Below are positions 1 through 12,993 of a stretch of DNA of 64,000 bases, piece after piece. The translations under genes and the position numbers were made by a program. How positions within the stretch are numbered: the first letter of the stretch is position 1; each line of letters starts with the position of its first letter. Source of the stretch: Botryllus schlosseri (lineage: Eukaryota); the NCBI GenBank assembly GCA_051294905.1, contig CM119371.1, positions 23,190,001 to 23,254,000 of the forward strand, read 5' to 3'. Below the pieces are notes generated by a model. The model saw only the letters and a list, made by a program, of their open reading frames with translations. It was not told the DNA's origin and did no database searches.

Positions 1-2273
1 GTTAGCAGCCTCGACACGCTGTTGAAGATATCTGACATTGTGATGAAATCCACCAACAACACGTTCTCACAATGCACGAATAACACGTTTTCAGGTGGTG
101 TTTTATCCTTTGAACTGTGTGATCTAGATATTGTGACGATAAAACATACCAAAGATGTGTTGAAATCGGAGAAACTTTTTGGTTAATTACCATCACGAAA
201 GCAACTCTACCATGTTTTTAAGCCAAATCCGCATATTGTTTATAATATACCGTCCACTGAATGGTTTTTAGTACAGGATTCATATATGAATACCATATTT
301 TGGTGGATAAAATTCCGGACACAGTTTAGCGCCAACTAGCGGATTTTAAAATGAGTTACGACACACTGTCTGTCAGTATGACGTCACACTGGCAGAGCTT
401 TGCCTATCGACCAGAGGTGGGCACCACTCACGATCCAGATCAGAAGCCGCTATGCGGCTATAGTGTTATTTGGTTGTGTGTTGTAACCAGGACCGAAACA
501 ACATTCTTTCAGCGTCGAAATAAACATTGATCTTGAGCCCACCATAGGGTAATCGACGCCACCTCTGGGGCTTACTCTATTCATCTGGTTTCTATATGCA
601 TCTGATCGTTAAATTTTGTGACTGAATTCTGTCTATGACATTGGTTCTTCCATGTTCCGCTATAAAATGTTGATTCTATCGCTGCTCACATGATCATGGT
701 TAGCGGTAGAGCTGGTGTAGGATGATGACTTCGAAAATGCAAGGAACGTTATCATGTCACACGGATGAGACTATTTATCGCCCCAGCAGATTGCACATGG
801 TTTCCAACGTTTTGTGGTCGCGACTCCATTTCTAACTTGAAAATAATCTATGGCGCTGCTCGAAATGTGATAAGTTGATAAGTGAAAAACGGTCAGCAGC
901 GTTGGCCAGACTTAGTCGCGGCCCATTTTGGAAGGTAATTACGTTCGACATCTATGCAAACCCCAGAATAAAGACAAACGACCCCCAGGTTTAGAGCCAC
1001 TATCTTTGACTAATGCATCGAAATGTCCTTGGCCGACTCTAGGAATATACCGTTCTCCTATAATTGCGATTACAATTAAACTTATTTCAGTAAATGATGA
1101 TTGTTTTTAATAATTTTTGATGTCATGTTTTGCAAGGGCGGTGGTACACATATTAGAATCAGTGGTGACACTAAATCGCGCGCAGCACGAAGAAAAATTT
1201 AAAGTGCTATAAATATGCCCGAAAATAATATCGTTATAGTTCATTCACGAAAATATTATCTATACTTCGAGTTTTTTCAGTTGCGGACCTGAAACCTCGG
1301 CGGAACGTTGCATTATCCATGTGACCTTTATATAATGTTCCTGTGGCTGTTTTGCTGTTGTCTGCAATGGTGACCGCGTATTTTCTAGTCCCCCATATCC
1401 GTCAGAATTGTGTTTGAACATACTTTTCATCTTTTGTTGTAGCTACTGTGATACCATCATGCGCTTACTTTACTACAGGAGATATCGCAAACCCTATTTT
1501 TCCAGTATGCCAATTTTCCAAAACATCCATTTTGCTGTTAGATTACGTATTGTGCTTTTTTTTATATTACTTGATACGTTATTGCCAAGACGATTTTCAT
1601 ATATATGAAATCTTTTCACGTATAATTTTTTGATACTCTCGTTATATAAAATTCTTCGCATAAATTTGGGTCCAACTTATTTAGAGTTCAACTTGTACGG
1701 TCAGTTGCGTCAGTCAGACAGATGTGGTCAAGATAGTCAACGTTGGTCTCCAGTAAAATTTGACTTTATACCGTGAATTTATACTAGAATACAGTGTTTC
1801 CTTAAACTTTGCTTACCCGCGGAACACTTACGCTATATATACAAGCCTTTGCGGAACCCTAAATATTTGCTGAGTCGTACAGACAAAAATCTTCCACAAT
1901 ACATATCTAACAAGAGTTCTAATACTTTGCTATATCTCATCGATGCTCAAAATGAAATGTGCAGTGTGCATCAACAGAGTGTTGTAAGAAAGAAACAATT
2001 AAACTATTATTTTTACACAAAGCGTTTGCAAATCACTGTAAATTCTATTCTCATTCAGATTCCAGTTCAGAAATGCGAGCCTTAACCTTGGAAAGTGCCA
2101 TCGAAATATTCAGTCGAAATGCAATAGCGTAATATACCAAATGAGTAAATAAATAGTTGAGATAGAATTGGCATTTCAGAATGTCAGAGCTTCGATTTCG
2201 ATCCTCAACATCTCCTGCATACGCCATTGCGCACGACGCTCCACCAAAACGGTATCCATTCGATCGGGCCTAA

Positions 2274-5200
2274 TTACCTGACAGAAATATCCATGGGGGA
2301 GGATTGGCAACTTTTATTCGCGAGGGTCTGGATCCCAAAGAGATGCAATCTCAACAAGATGCCTCATTAGAAACACAGATCTTTAACATGGGTGATTTCA
2401 AGCTAATTAACGTCTACGCTCCGCCCAGCGACCACGAAATATCATTTTCATTCCTCAAAGAATGCAAAACGAAAACACTGGTTTTTGGAGACTTTAATGC
2501 TCATCATGAAACCTGGTCACACTTCTCGAACGAGCGGGGCAAATCCATCGATAGTGCTCTTAGCGAAAATAATTTAGTACTTTTGAATACAACAAGTCCG
2601 ACAAGATTGAACTTAGCAATTAACGCAAGGCGCAGATGGAGTCTGTTAGATCTTTCGATCGCATCTTCAGATATCGCTCACAGATGTACCACCTCAGTTA
2701 CCGAACACTTCATGGGGAGTGATCATTGCGTCATATTGACATATCTAGACTGCAATATTGAACAATCAGGCAACGTAAAAATTCCTAGATGGAATTTTGA
2801 GAAGGCGGATTGGGTCAAATTTGCGGAAATTACCGATGAAATTACAACCATGAATACAAGTGACCTAACATTAAATGAAAGCGCCGAGCTCATTACACGC
2901 TCCCTGCTTCATGCAGGATTGCAATCCATACCTTCAACCTCTGCAGCCAGTAGTCATGGCAAAATACCTGTACCTTGGTGGAATGAAGATTGTGCGAAAG
3001 CGCAGAGATTACGACGTGCCGCTTATCTCAAAATGAAACGAACGTTCTCCCCGCAACATGTTATAGCCTTTAAACAGCGAAGAGCTGCATGCCGAAGAAC
3101 AATCATGAGTGCGAAGAAACAGAGCTGGCAGAACTACTGTGAAACCCTTGACAAACAAACTAGTTTATCAAAGGTGTGGGGCATGGCAAAAGCATTTACT
3201 GGACGGCGCCAATCAGTATTTATTCCCACACTTAACCACGGTCAATTTGTTGCATCAAGTAACACAGAAAAGGCAAATTTGTTAGCAGACATGTACAGTC
3301 AAGTTAGTAGTGATTATCACTACTCCAGCACTTTTTCAAACAGAAAAGTGTACTTCGAGAAAAATACATTTGACTCGCTGCCACTGGAGCTGGAAAATGA
3401 TGATGCGATAAACTGCCCATGCACTTTGGACGAATTGAAGCGAACGATATCAAAGAAAAAGCCCACTGCAACTGGGCAAGATAAGGTCAGTTATGAAATG
3501 CTAAAACACTTGAGCTCAACCGCATTGGAACAATTATTACGTCTGTACAATGACTCCTGGAACGAGGGGACGGTGCCTAAGGCTTGGCTCCATTCCATCA
3601 TAATACCGATACTTAAATCCGGGAAAACGAAGTCATCGGCAGCATCTTACCGTCCCATTGCTAACCAGTCATCTGTCTAAGATAATGGAGACAATGATAG
3701 CAAATCGATTAAAATGGTATCTGCAACAGCATGATATATTGAGCCCCGTTCAGTCTGGATATCGGACAGGCCGATGCACACTTGACCATATCCTAGCACT
3801 ACATGATGATATCTATAAAACGATTTACAATCAACGCTCCGCAGTAGCAATATTTGTGGACTTTGAACGCGCGTACGACACAGTCTGGCGCAAGGGCCGC
3901 CTGGCAAACATTTTTGCCATCGGTCTACGGGGTAAAATCATTAGGTGGTTGTCGTCATTCCTATCGAAGAGAACCGCTCAAGTTCGTGTGGGAAATGATC
4001 CGTCACAGACATTCGATATCGAGACAGGCATTGTACAGGGCAGCGTCATCAGTCCAATATTGTTTTTGATCATGATTAACGACCTTCCAGAGTGTCTTTC
4101 CACCAAGAACGCTCTGTTTGCAGACGATCTTGTGTTTTGGGAGTCTGGACTGAACATGACCGAGGTATCCGACTCCTTACAGAATGACTTGGATTGTCTT
4201 AAACAGTGGTGCGATCAATGGGGAATGAAAGTCAATACAACAAAACCGGTGTCAGTTGTCTTTAGCAACAAAAGGAAAATACCAAATCTCCAATTTAAAT
4301 ACAGTGGTCAGAACATAGCGACAGCAGAATCGGCAAAGTACCTCGGAATTACCTTCGACAAGAGGTTATCATATAAACTACATGTTAAATCTGTTTTACA
4401 TAAATGCACTGCTCGAATAAACTTTCTGCGGATGATTTCAGGAACCTCTTGGGGAGCTGCAAAAGAAACTATGCTAACCTTGCATCGTACTGTTATTCGA
4501 TCTATAATTGAATATGGAACTGAGGCATTTCATTTTGGTCACCGACGATATCTAGAAAAAGTCGAGCGTCTGGAAAACAACGCACTACGGCTTAGTTGCG
4601 GAGGGATGAGGAGCACCCCAATTATTTCCATACTGCCTGCGTGTGGGGAATGCCACTGGACCTACGACACAGGTATTTATGTATGAAATTCAGATCCAAG
4701 GTGAATGCTGATTTGCAGCACCCGTGGCGAGAGCAGCTTCTCCAGTTATCGTGGGAGGAACAATGGCCGAAAAGAAAGCAATTTGTTTGCTTCAATCAGA
4801 TTACATATCGACCGAATTGCGACGAAAATGGAGATGGTCTGTTGCAGTTGAGTAAAATAACCCATCCACCTTGGACGTTCCGTCGAGCACGTATAGATTT
4901 AACATTGACGAGTCTGCGGTCTAAACAATGTTCCTCTTTGTTACCGCTAATCAATGAACATATCTGTAGACGGTTCCCGGGATACTTGCAGATTTTCACT
5001 GACGGATCGAAAACTACGACGGGCACTGCGGCGGCGTTTTATGTATCGCGAACTGTCAACGGCGCAACAACTATCATAAAGGAATCGAGTTCCTTCACTG
5101 CAGAATTGGTGGGAATAAGCTTAGCTCTACAATGGGCTGTGGAAAACAGCAATACCAATATACTAATACTCGTGGACTGCTTGAGCGCAATTCAAGCGAT

Positions 5201-5811
5201 TGACAATATTTATGGGCGATCACATCACCTCGACGCACCAATTTTACAGACGATCCATCGGATATCGGAGGCAGGATACGAGATCGCTATTGTTTGGATA
5301 CCTGGTCATTATCAAATTCCCGGGAATGAAAAGGCAGATGAACTGGCTAGACGAGCGAGTCAAGCAAGTGTGCAAACGACTGAATTCAAACCTTCCGTAC
5401 GCTGCTTCGCGTCGGAAGGCGTGCATCGAACTATGGAATAACAGCTATTCACTATCGGATAAGTCACAACAATATAAGGAATGTTTTCCAACCGTCTACC
5501 AGAGAGCAGACGTGAATGGACTACCGAAAAGGTATCAAGCGATCATGTTCCGACTACAAACCGGACATTGTGGACTAAAAGCACATCTATTCAAATTGGG
5601 AATAGCAGATTCAGCCAATTGCTCAACTTGCCGCCAAGAAGAGAGTGTCGCCCATTATTTATTGACGTGTCGAAATTATAGGCACCAGAGAAGAGTTCTC
5701 GAGGACACTTGTCGGAGAAAGAATATCGCTCCCACAGTAACAAACTTTTTGACTGAGACGCATATTTTTCCATACGTTGTGGAATTCGTTCTCGCATTAC
5801 TAATGGACTGA
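2274..5811 (+). mobile_element. Non-LTR retrotransposon (LINE), I-group (I/Nimb-like) ORF2: APE endonuclease - reverse transcriptase - RNase H - CCHC; 5'-truncated, three frameshifts
   Basis: Four overlapping ORFs (2304-3680, 3658-4686, 4596-5441, 5200-5811) join into one ORF2. APE motifs: GGGLATFIR, INVYAPP, GDFNAHH, GSDH. RT motifs: YRPIA/LTS, QSGYR, DFERAYD, QGSVISP, FADD. RNase H motifs: FTDGSK, AELVGI, DCLSA, WIPGH..GNEKADELA. C-terminal CSTC-x7-H-x4-C. Frameshifts at ~3660, ~4650 and ~5405. No ORF1 is visible and the endonuclease N-terminus is missing. Confidence 0.93.
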
Positions 5812-5846
5812 TCGTTAACGCAGTGACCGGAGCTTATAGCTTACAT

Positions 5847-6205
5847 CAGTGGTTCCCAACCTTTTTCGACCCATCGCCCCCTTTTCAAGTTCAACACCGA
5901 TCACCGCCCCCCAAATTTTGTGAACCGAAAAATGGGCATACAAACTGTAATCACCGGCGGGTTGACTAAAAAAAAAGGTCAACTATTTGTGTCGATGTCG
6001 AATTTTACACTTTTGCAACCAAATTTTCGTGGGTTGACTAAAAAAAAAGGTCATTTCTCCGATTCGACTCCAATTTAACGCGTTATCGCCCCCTGTCGCC
6101 CCTTTGTCCATTTTCGCCCCCCTATCGCCCCCTTTGTCATTTTCGCCCCCCTAGACCGCCAAATCGCCCCCTGGGGGGCGATATCGCCCACGTTGGGAAC
6201 CACTG
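5847..6205. mobile_element. hAT (Buster-type) MITE inserted just 3' of the LINE stop codon
   Basis: Terminal inverted repeats (TIRs) CAGTGGTTCCCAAC...GTTGGGAACCACTG; perfect 8-bp TSD GCTTACAT (5839-5846, 6206-6213); subterminal TCGCCCC repeats. Confidence 0.92.
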
Positions 6206-6394
6206 GCTTACATTGTCGTAATCTTGCTCACCTCAACTAACCCTCTCGCGTGCTTTAAATCGAACTAATATTGTCCATACGTTTATAGTTGTATATCATG
6301 GATATATATGTGGGTAGGGTATTGCTCCATATCATTTAATTGAACCTTCTGATGCTTCATATGCTATCCCATATTTTTGCTGAAAATTATAGAT

Positions 6395-6862
6395 CAGGGG
6401 TTGGCAAAGATGCTTTACGCGCGAGCCGCATATCAAAAATCGTTGCCTTAAAAGAGTCACGACACAAAATTGATATATACTACTATATTTCGTCACAAGG
6501 AAATGTAGGGTATCGAATGAAGTTTATTATTGTGTAGTATCAGACGACGCGTCTCCACCTAGGCCGCAAGGTGTTTGAAATCGGACTGATATGACGTCAA
6601 ACAGTGCGGAGCTCGGTAATCATATTACTTCGCAAACATGTCTCTTTTGGATAACTCCTGGAAATCAAGGTTTTTGTGTTTGACTTCGTAATGACGTTTC
6701 AATTCTAGCTGTGCGATTATTGCGCGAATCTTGACCGAAAAGGCACAGTGGGTTACGTTCATTATCTCCGAATGCACATTGCACACTCATTAAAGAGTCG
6801 CAATCAAAGACACAAAGAGAATGCAGCATGCGGCTCGCGAGTCGCAGTTCCCCCCCCCCACG
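6395..6862. mobile_element. Degenerate hAT MITE
   Basis: Left end CAGGGGTTGGCAAA..CGCGAGCCGCA; right end GCGGCTCGCGAGTCGCAGTTCCCC..; flanks TTATAGAT / TTAGAGAC match 6/8. Confidence 0.55.
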
Positions 6863-7054
6863 TTAGAGACTGAGGCTATACCGCTATACTAGGCGTAGTT
6901 TGACAGTTCTATGTATGCATGGGCGATTGAGCGCCTTCTTGCGTGTATAATCAACTCTTTATTCGTTCCTCGATTCAGAATAAATGGGGACGTCATCCAT
7001 ATTTAAAACAGTTAGCAAAATGCAATGACCTTGAATCATGTATCGTACTTTGAA

Positions 7055-7248
7055 AATTCAACTTGACCCGACTAATTACTTGACTCGTGACTTGACTTGA
7101 CTTGACTCGAGTCACCTCCAAAAATCGGGTGACTTGACTTGACTCGAGTCACCTTTGAAAATCGAGTGACTTGACTTGACTCGAGTCAAAATCTGCAATG
7201 ACTCGAGATGACTCGTGACTCGAAGTTAGTGACTTGATCCCAACACTG
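7055..7248. mobile_element. Orphan right end of a GACTCGAGTC/GACTT-repeat hAT element abutting the truncated Gypsy protease region
   Basis: Arrays of GACTT and GACTCGAGTC ending in CCCAACACTG. The same motif type occurs in 16676-17220 and 49510-51201. No left TIR found. Confidence 0.6.
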
Positions 7249-9953
7249 CCACCTATGTCAACTAGAAGGCCATGCCGCAAAATAAAATCGGCTCGAAGAA
7301 TGAGACGAGATACGTCCACGAGGACAAACCGGCACTCGTACATCTTGGTGCCGATGTGTATAGTATTTCCGTTCTGTACCCGTAAGTCTTGAGTTCTGAG
7401 CCATTTGCTGCTACCAGAAGGGTACCAGTGTTGCGAGAGAGGCGATCAGAGCGTAGAGCCGGAAGGATGCTAACTTGGGCTCCTGTGTCTACCAGGAACC
7501 CGCGGGCTGATTTGGCATCGTTAATGATTAAGAGGCAGCTACGAATCCCACCAGCCACGTCATCCTCTCACCGCGATCGGCGTCGTCGTTTCTCTGCCCG
7601 GTGTTTCTGCGACGGACGTAGCGCACCGGGTTCGATGCTGAAGTTTCATTTTTATGCTGAGATACCAACGGGGCAAATGTGCACGCTTGTTTGCAGTTTT
7701 CAGCCTTCATGCCGGAAGTTTTGTGGTAGTGACAGATGAAACTTCGGTTGCGCTGTCCACTTCTGCCAGTGGGGCAATATTGTGTGCGTCAGGATGTAGG
7801 GCACTCACGTTGGCTGTTTAAGCTGCGAGAAATACTCGATCCGCTACCTCGGCCAGTTTTTCAACATATGTTTCTGAAGATGTGGCCAGCGCTGTTCGCA
7901 ATGCAGCAGGTAGCTGGGCCAACCAAAACGCTCGAAGTAATGTCTATTGACTGCCACCTAGCGCGCGCATGTGTCTCAACAAACCAGAGGGTTTCTGGTC
8001 TCCTAAACCGGTTATGTTAAGAAGTTCAGAGTCTTTAACTTCTTGTGACCACTGGCGTAGCGAGGGAGGGGCGAAAGGGGCGGTCGCCCCCCCCCCAAAA
8101 AAAATTTTTGGAAAATTTTCGTAAAATCAATAGATATTACATTATTTTGGGGCAGATGTATGTAACCTAAAATTTTTCTTCGCGCTTCGCGCGATTTATT
8201 GTCCATTCATGTCTTGATTTTATTATCGGTATCACGAACTCTTTCCGCAAATAGGCTACCCATTATAGAATTTACTGCATTCTCTATTAAGAAAATACAA
8301 CAGTACCAGTAGATACACTAAAGTAGCCCGAGGTCGTTGGGTTGATTGAGTCTATAGGAGTGTCAGTTCAGTATGGGGGTTGGGGACTGTTAGCTCCGGC
8401 AACTTCCGTTCCGGGACACACGAAGATATATAAAATAGGGTACATGCGACTCCGCAAAGTGCGCTCCCAAAATGATTGACGGCCATAAAACCGACCCATC
8501 TATTCCGAAAGCCTTCGAGAAACATTTTCGGGTACTTAAATGGCTGCATGGCGCCTAATGATCCTGTCCCTGCAATCAGACCCCTCCAACACAAATGCGA
8601 CTGCATGGTACAAGAAAATATCACCACTTCACGTTAAAAAGTGCTAATTTGAAATTGAACGAGTCTGATCAAAGGAGTTTTTGTATTTGGTCTGATTTGT
8701 ATCAGCGATTTCAATCTTTAAAGTAGGCTATAGCGACAATCTGTAACAGAGGTTACGAACTAACCGTGCCACAATGAAGTGATAATAAGAATGGAAACCA
8801 CTTGTTCATATAGACGCACCAATATTATTGATCAAATTAATCCTTTATTTATTAAAAAAAGAATTACGTTCTGCAGGTTCTCTAGAACAGGGGCGGCCAA
8901 CCCGTGGTCCGCGAGAAGGTTTTGAGTGACCCGCGGGCTGATTCTCGAAATTACTAATATTATCAAAAAATAAATTACCAAAACCAAATAACCAAATTTT
9001 GTTTAGCTTGACCGCGAAATTTGGGATTTTGATGACTAAAATACCAGTTCCGACGCACGCCACATTTTTCGTAGATCGTCCTGTACAATATTTCGCGCGG
9101 CTAGGTCGGGGATCCACCAGAAGTCTTCATGTCATAAATTGTTATTAATTTTGATACGTATAAATATAAGTATTGTTTTCCCCGTTACCTATTATCCGGT
9201 ACGATCCTATCGGAAGAGTAAAAAAAGTTCATCAACATTCATATATAGTTCATATGCAACATATATAGTTCAAGATGTATAATTAAGCGCCCCCCGAATG
9301 TTTGATGACACCACTTCTATCAGCCCTGCCGGTAAATCTGTTAATGAAAACGAATTTCCAATATGCAAATAACAATATAATGAACCAATTTCATTCATTA
9401 ACCAAGAAAAATTTTCGCGCTTCGCGCGAAGGTGTTGTCGTCGGGGTTTTCCACAATCATCATACTATCACATCATTTCTGTGAATGGAATATAAATATA
9501 ACGATCACCCCAGATGTTATGTTAATCATCCAATAAGGGCCCAAGTCCATCGTTTTTTACCTATTTTTCTTTATCTTTAACGTTCATTTACGTCATGGAA
9601 TTTTCGCCCCCCCCAAAAAATATTTTTTCTGGCTACGCCCTTGCTTGTGACTTGCCATATACTTTGATTATCGCCTTTTTGATGGCAGGGTATTTTTCAG
9701 TTGCTGGCGGTTCAGTAAGAAGCGAGGAAATTTCGTTAGCAGTGGCGTTATCCAACACCGATACCACATGGTTAAATTTCGTTTGATCTCGAGTGATTCC
9801 TGCAGCCTCGAACTGGGTTTCAGCTCTAGTGAACCACAAAGTAGCGTTGTCTGTCCAGATTGACGGAAGTTTAACGCTCACCAGATTAGCTGTTGAAGGG
9901 TTGACGAGATTCGTCAGTGCGTCGGTCAATCCTTGTGTAGCGCCGGTATCCAT
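7249..9953 (-). pseudogene. Gypsy gag-protease pseudogene split by a hAT insertion
   Basis: Removing 8050-9643 and one TSD copy restores the frame YGKSQ|EVKDSELLNITGLGDQKPS. Downstream stops and frameshifts remain. DTGA protease motif present. Confidence 0.85.
8050..9643. mobile_element. Non-autonomous hAT element inserted in Gypsy gag
   Basis: Imperfect TIRs CACTGGCGTAGC / GCTACGCCCTTG; perfect 8-bp TSD CTTGTGAC (8042-8049, 9644-9651); contains a further MITE left end at 8888. Confidence 0.88.
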
Positions 9954-10029
9954 ATTGAAAAGCGTCAATCTAATCCTGGGCTGTGGCTATGCACAATACT
10001 TGCGGTCTTCTGCAGTCGTCCAGGTACTC

Positions 10030-10040
10030 CGGGGTCACCA
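10030..10040 (-). promoter_or_regulatory. Primer-binding site complementary to the tRNA-Trp 3' end
   Basis: Minus strand TGGTGACCCCG directly after the LTR ...CA. This matches the first 11 nt of the known tRNA-Trp PBS TGGTGACCCCGACG. Confidence 0.75.
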
Positions 10041-10041
10041 A

Positions 10042-10221
10042 TGTAGGAACTCGTATCCTACTGAGTAGGAAAAGTAGTGAACTAACTACGTAACTCTCAT
10101 TTCAATACTGAGAACGCCAAACAAGTACAGCTACACACAATCTTTAATCATAACAACAACTATATATAACTAACCTACGGATAGATGCGCATCACGTGAT
10201 TCACGGTCGAATGATGCTACA
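10042..10221 (-). repeat. Gypsy 5' LTR (~180 bp)
   Basis: TGTAG...CTACA termini; TATA-like TATATATA (~10161-10168) and ATTAAA on the minus strand (10143-10148); followed after 1 nt by the PBS. Confidence 0.75.
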
Positions 10222-11618
10222 TGTGCAGATTTGTTGTCGCTTTATAGCATGAAACGGCAACGTAATTGCTAATCCCATAGATGACGACCCGAGCGCTCAA
10301 ATTTAATAAAGTTGATCTTATTTGAAAGCTACAGTCTGATAGTATACATCAAAATCTGATCAGGGCAATGGAACCCCTTCGAAATACCCGTCAAAATCTG
10401 AAAATCGGCATTGTTCTGAACAATCGCAACCACGCAAGGACCATTTTTATTTCAAACGACTGTTCACTAATTTGATGAGACTGACAACTTCAAATCGAGA
10501 AGGTTTCGCAGACACTACGAAGTCACCCTGATTGACGTTACTATCTCCATATTTTTATTTTTTCCACAAACATCAACAAAACGTCTCTAAACAGCAATAT
10601 GTTTGTATCAGCAGGTTATTGGAAAATTGGCAATGAAAACGAATTTCCACACTACGATAGTTCATGTCAGACGATTATTATGATGATATGAGTCATGAGG
10701 TTTTAGCAGTTGTGGTGCGAAACTGCCTAATGCTTTCTCAAATTAAAAAATAAAATAAAAATTACGTTATCAACCATTTTAAAAATTTAGAGGTCTCGCG
10801 GACCCCCTGAAATTGCTTCGCGAACCCCTAGGGGTCAGCGGACCCGCGGTTGAGAACCGCTGCTATAGAGGATTGCACTCGGTACTAAAAAGGACAGTGA
10901 TGATACGATGGAAGGTATAGTAAGCGAGTTGATTACAAATACATACAGCATCTGGCCAGACAGGAGCAATCAAGGGGATTATATCTCTCTACACGTTTGC
11001 GATAGGACGTTGTGACAGCATGTGCTGATGATGTCACAGTAAACCGATAACGTTGTTGTTGTTAGTATTGTACATATGGTATTCGGCTACAATGGCCTTT
11101 TACACCAGGTCTCAAGAGTCTGACAAATCCATTAGCGTCACAACTGTCTGCCGGTGAGAATAACGAACTCAGCCACTGGTAGTAAAAACCGATAACGTAT
11201 CCTCACTCTTGACTTACCTCCTCCCATTTCCCACATTTCGTACTTAGCAAACGTTGGTCACAGTCCTATATTGTATAGTTGAATTACGGTTTATTTCTAT
11301 ATTGAAGCGCCTCAATTTCTCCACTCTCAAGCAGTTTCACATGTATAACTCTGGTTACTTGCTATTGATACGCTAAAACAGGTAAAACAAGGCGACATTC
11401 TATACCTAATTCGACAATAACTGGTTCTGCTATCAGGACTCGCGAATGACTTTGCTAACTTCCGTAGTGTCACATAGTACGGCATCATCAATTATTATAC
11501 AAACATAGCCAGTATAGGCTTAGACATGCTGCACATTTGCGGTCGCAAATGCTTTCAATAAGGAAATCATGCCTGGCTACATCTGGCTACATCAAAACGC
11601 TTCAAGTACAAAGCAATT

Positions 11619-12993
11619 TAGGGATGGTGTGAACGTGAGGTTCACGTTCGCGTTCTGTGTGTGAACCTCAGAAATTTACAGGTTCACGTTCACAAACGAA
11701 CCTGGGTAGGTTCTGCACTGTGAACCTTTTTAATATATTACAATTTTCACTTCATTATAACATCTTTGTTTGAAATTTATTGCATTTCAACTGCAGACCA
11801 CTATATGCATGGCGCTGGCAGCATAAAAACAATCCACATCGAACAAGCATGCACCTTGACAATCTCAAAAAATTTACTTGCTTTGTTACAAAAGTTTGCT
11901 CGAATATAGGGACTCTCTGCTGTGAGCTTCACCCGCAATCACACAACATCAAGAGCGAAATACACTACATGTAGGTAGTCAGCGAATGATGCTCATTCAA
12001 CCAATCAATGAAGTTGATATCGTTGTCTGATGTAAAAAATCTAGCAGGCGTACGGTATCAATCTTGATTTCATATGTTTATTGCATCTTGCATCTCCGCT
12101 ACGCACTCGGCATCCACCACCCGGAGCACATATCCACCAATGCTCTGCGCAAACTCACAAAAACAGTCCCATGCCGTTTGCTGGCTGCTGAACGACGCTT
12201 ACGCTTAATCGGTCATCTAGTGCGGCATCAAGACGATCAAACAGCCGCCGCCATCATCAACCACATTCCGACAGAGCCATGGCGCAGAGGTGGCTGGAAT
12301 AGAACCACATGGCGCTCAACGATAGAGACCGAGCTAGCGCAACGCGGGCTATCGCTCGAAGACGCCCACGACCGCCCACGCTGGAGGCGCTTGATAAGGG
12401 CCCAAAACTGATATCTTGATGTTCCTTTGTTTCCTGTTTTCTTTTGCCCTTTTATTTAATTGAAAGCCGATATATATATTTATTGCATCATAAAAACCAA
12501 ATCCGTGCGATTGGAGTGTAGTCTACTGCTGTATAACTTGTTAATAGGGTAATATCAGTAGTAAGTATAGAAACCACTCTGCTCAATATCAACGTAGCAT
12601 TACTCGGACGCCGAATACATTGTCCGGTCTGGCCTATAGACCGTTAAGGCGTAAGCTTATATTCCCTTGCAAATCCTCGTCGGAATTGTTGGCAAAGCGA
12701 CGGAAGATCTTGATTTTATGGGATTATTATATCATTTGATTGCCCCTGTTGATACATTTGGCGACGTTTAAAACGTCAATATGTACTTCGGCATTGTGAC
12801 ACTACGTGGCCCAAGTCGTGGCTAGGTATCGTGCACATTAATATAGGCTACCACTTCACTGAAATTTAGGGTTGGAATTAGCAATATGACGTCACGTGAC
12901 GTCATGAGGTTCACGTTCGCGTTCACACAGAACCTTTCAAAAAAGTTCGCGTTCACACGAACCTGAACCTTTCAGAGGTTCACACCATCCCTA
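11619..12993 (+). mobile_element. Non-autonomous DNA transposon (TAGGGATGGTG TIR, hAT-like), copy 1
   Basis: TIRs TAGGGATGGTGTGAAC...GTTCACACCATCCCTA; GTTCAC/GTGAAC subterminal repeats; colinear with 57863-58853; TSD degenerate. Confidence 0.88.
12088..12478 (+). mobile_element. Severely 5'-truncated RTE-like LINE (ORF2 C-terminus, 3' UTR, (TA)n tail)
   Basis: Peptide LRYALGI..ISTNALR..RRLRLIGHLVR..RRGG..TTWR..DRPRWRRLI ends at 12411. 11-bp TSD TTTATTGCATC (12077-12087, 12479-12489). The segment is absent from the sister copy of the host element (~58330-58345). Confidence 0.85.

Larger units (their letters stand above)
7249..10221 (-). mobile_element. Gypsy LTR retrotransposon, 5' portion only (LTR, PBS, gag, protease), disrupted
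   Basis: 5' LTR 10042-10221 and PBS 10030-10040. Gag N-terminus reads VKLPSIW..LWFTRAETQF..TKFNHVV from ATG 9953. Aspartic protease reads FLVDTGAQVSILP..AANGSELKTYG (7262-7558). RT, integrase and the 3' LTR are absent. Confidence 0.88.

Noticed and set aside
1..186. Open + strand frame from the window edge (VSSLDTLL..EKLFG*)
   Set aside because: Only 61 codons with no recognisable motif. It cannot be judged without the upstream sequence.
10795..10862. Orphan MITE ends (also ~412, ~1792, ~24438, ~25600, 27723, ~48878, ~53742)
   Set aside because: They are recognisable hAT-like termini, but no partner end or TSD was found, so boundaries cannot be supported.
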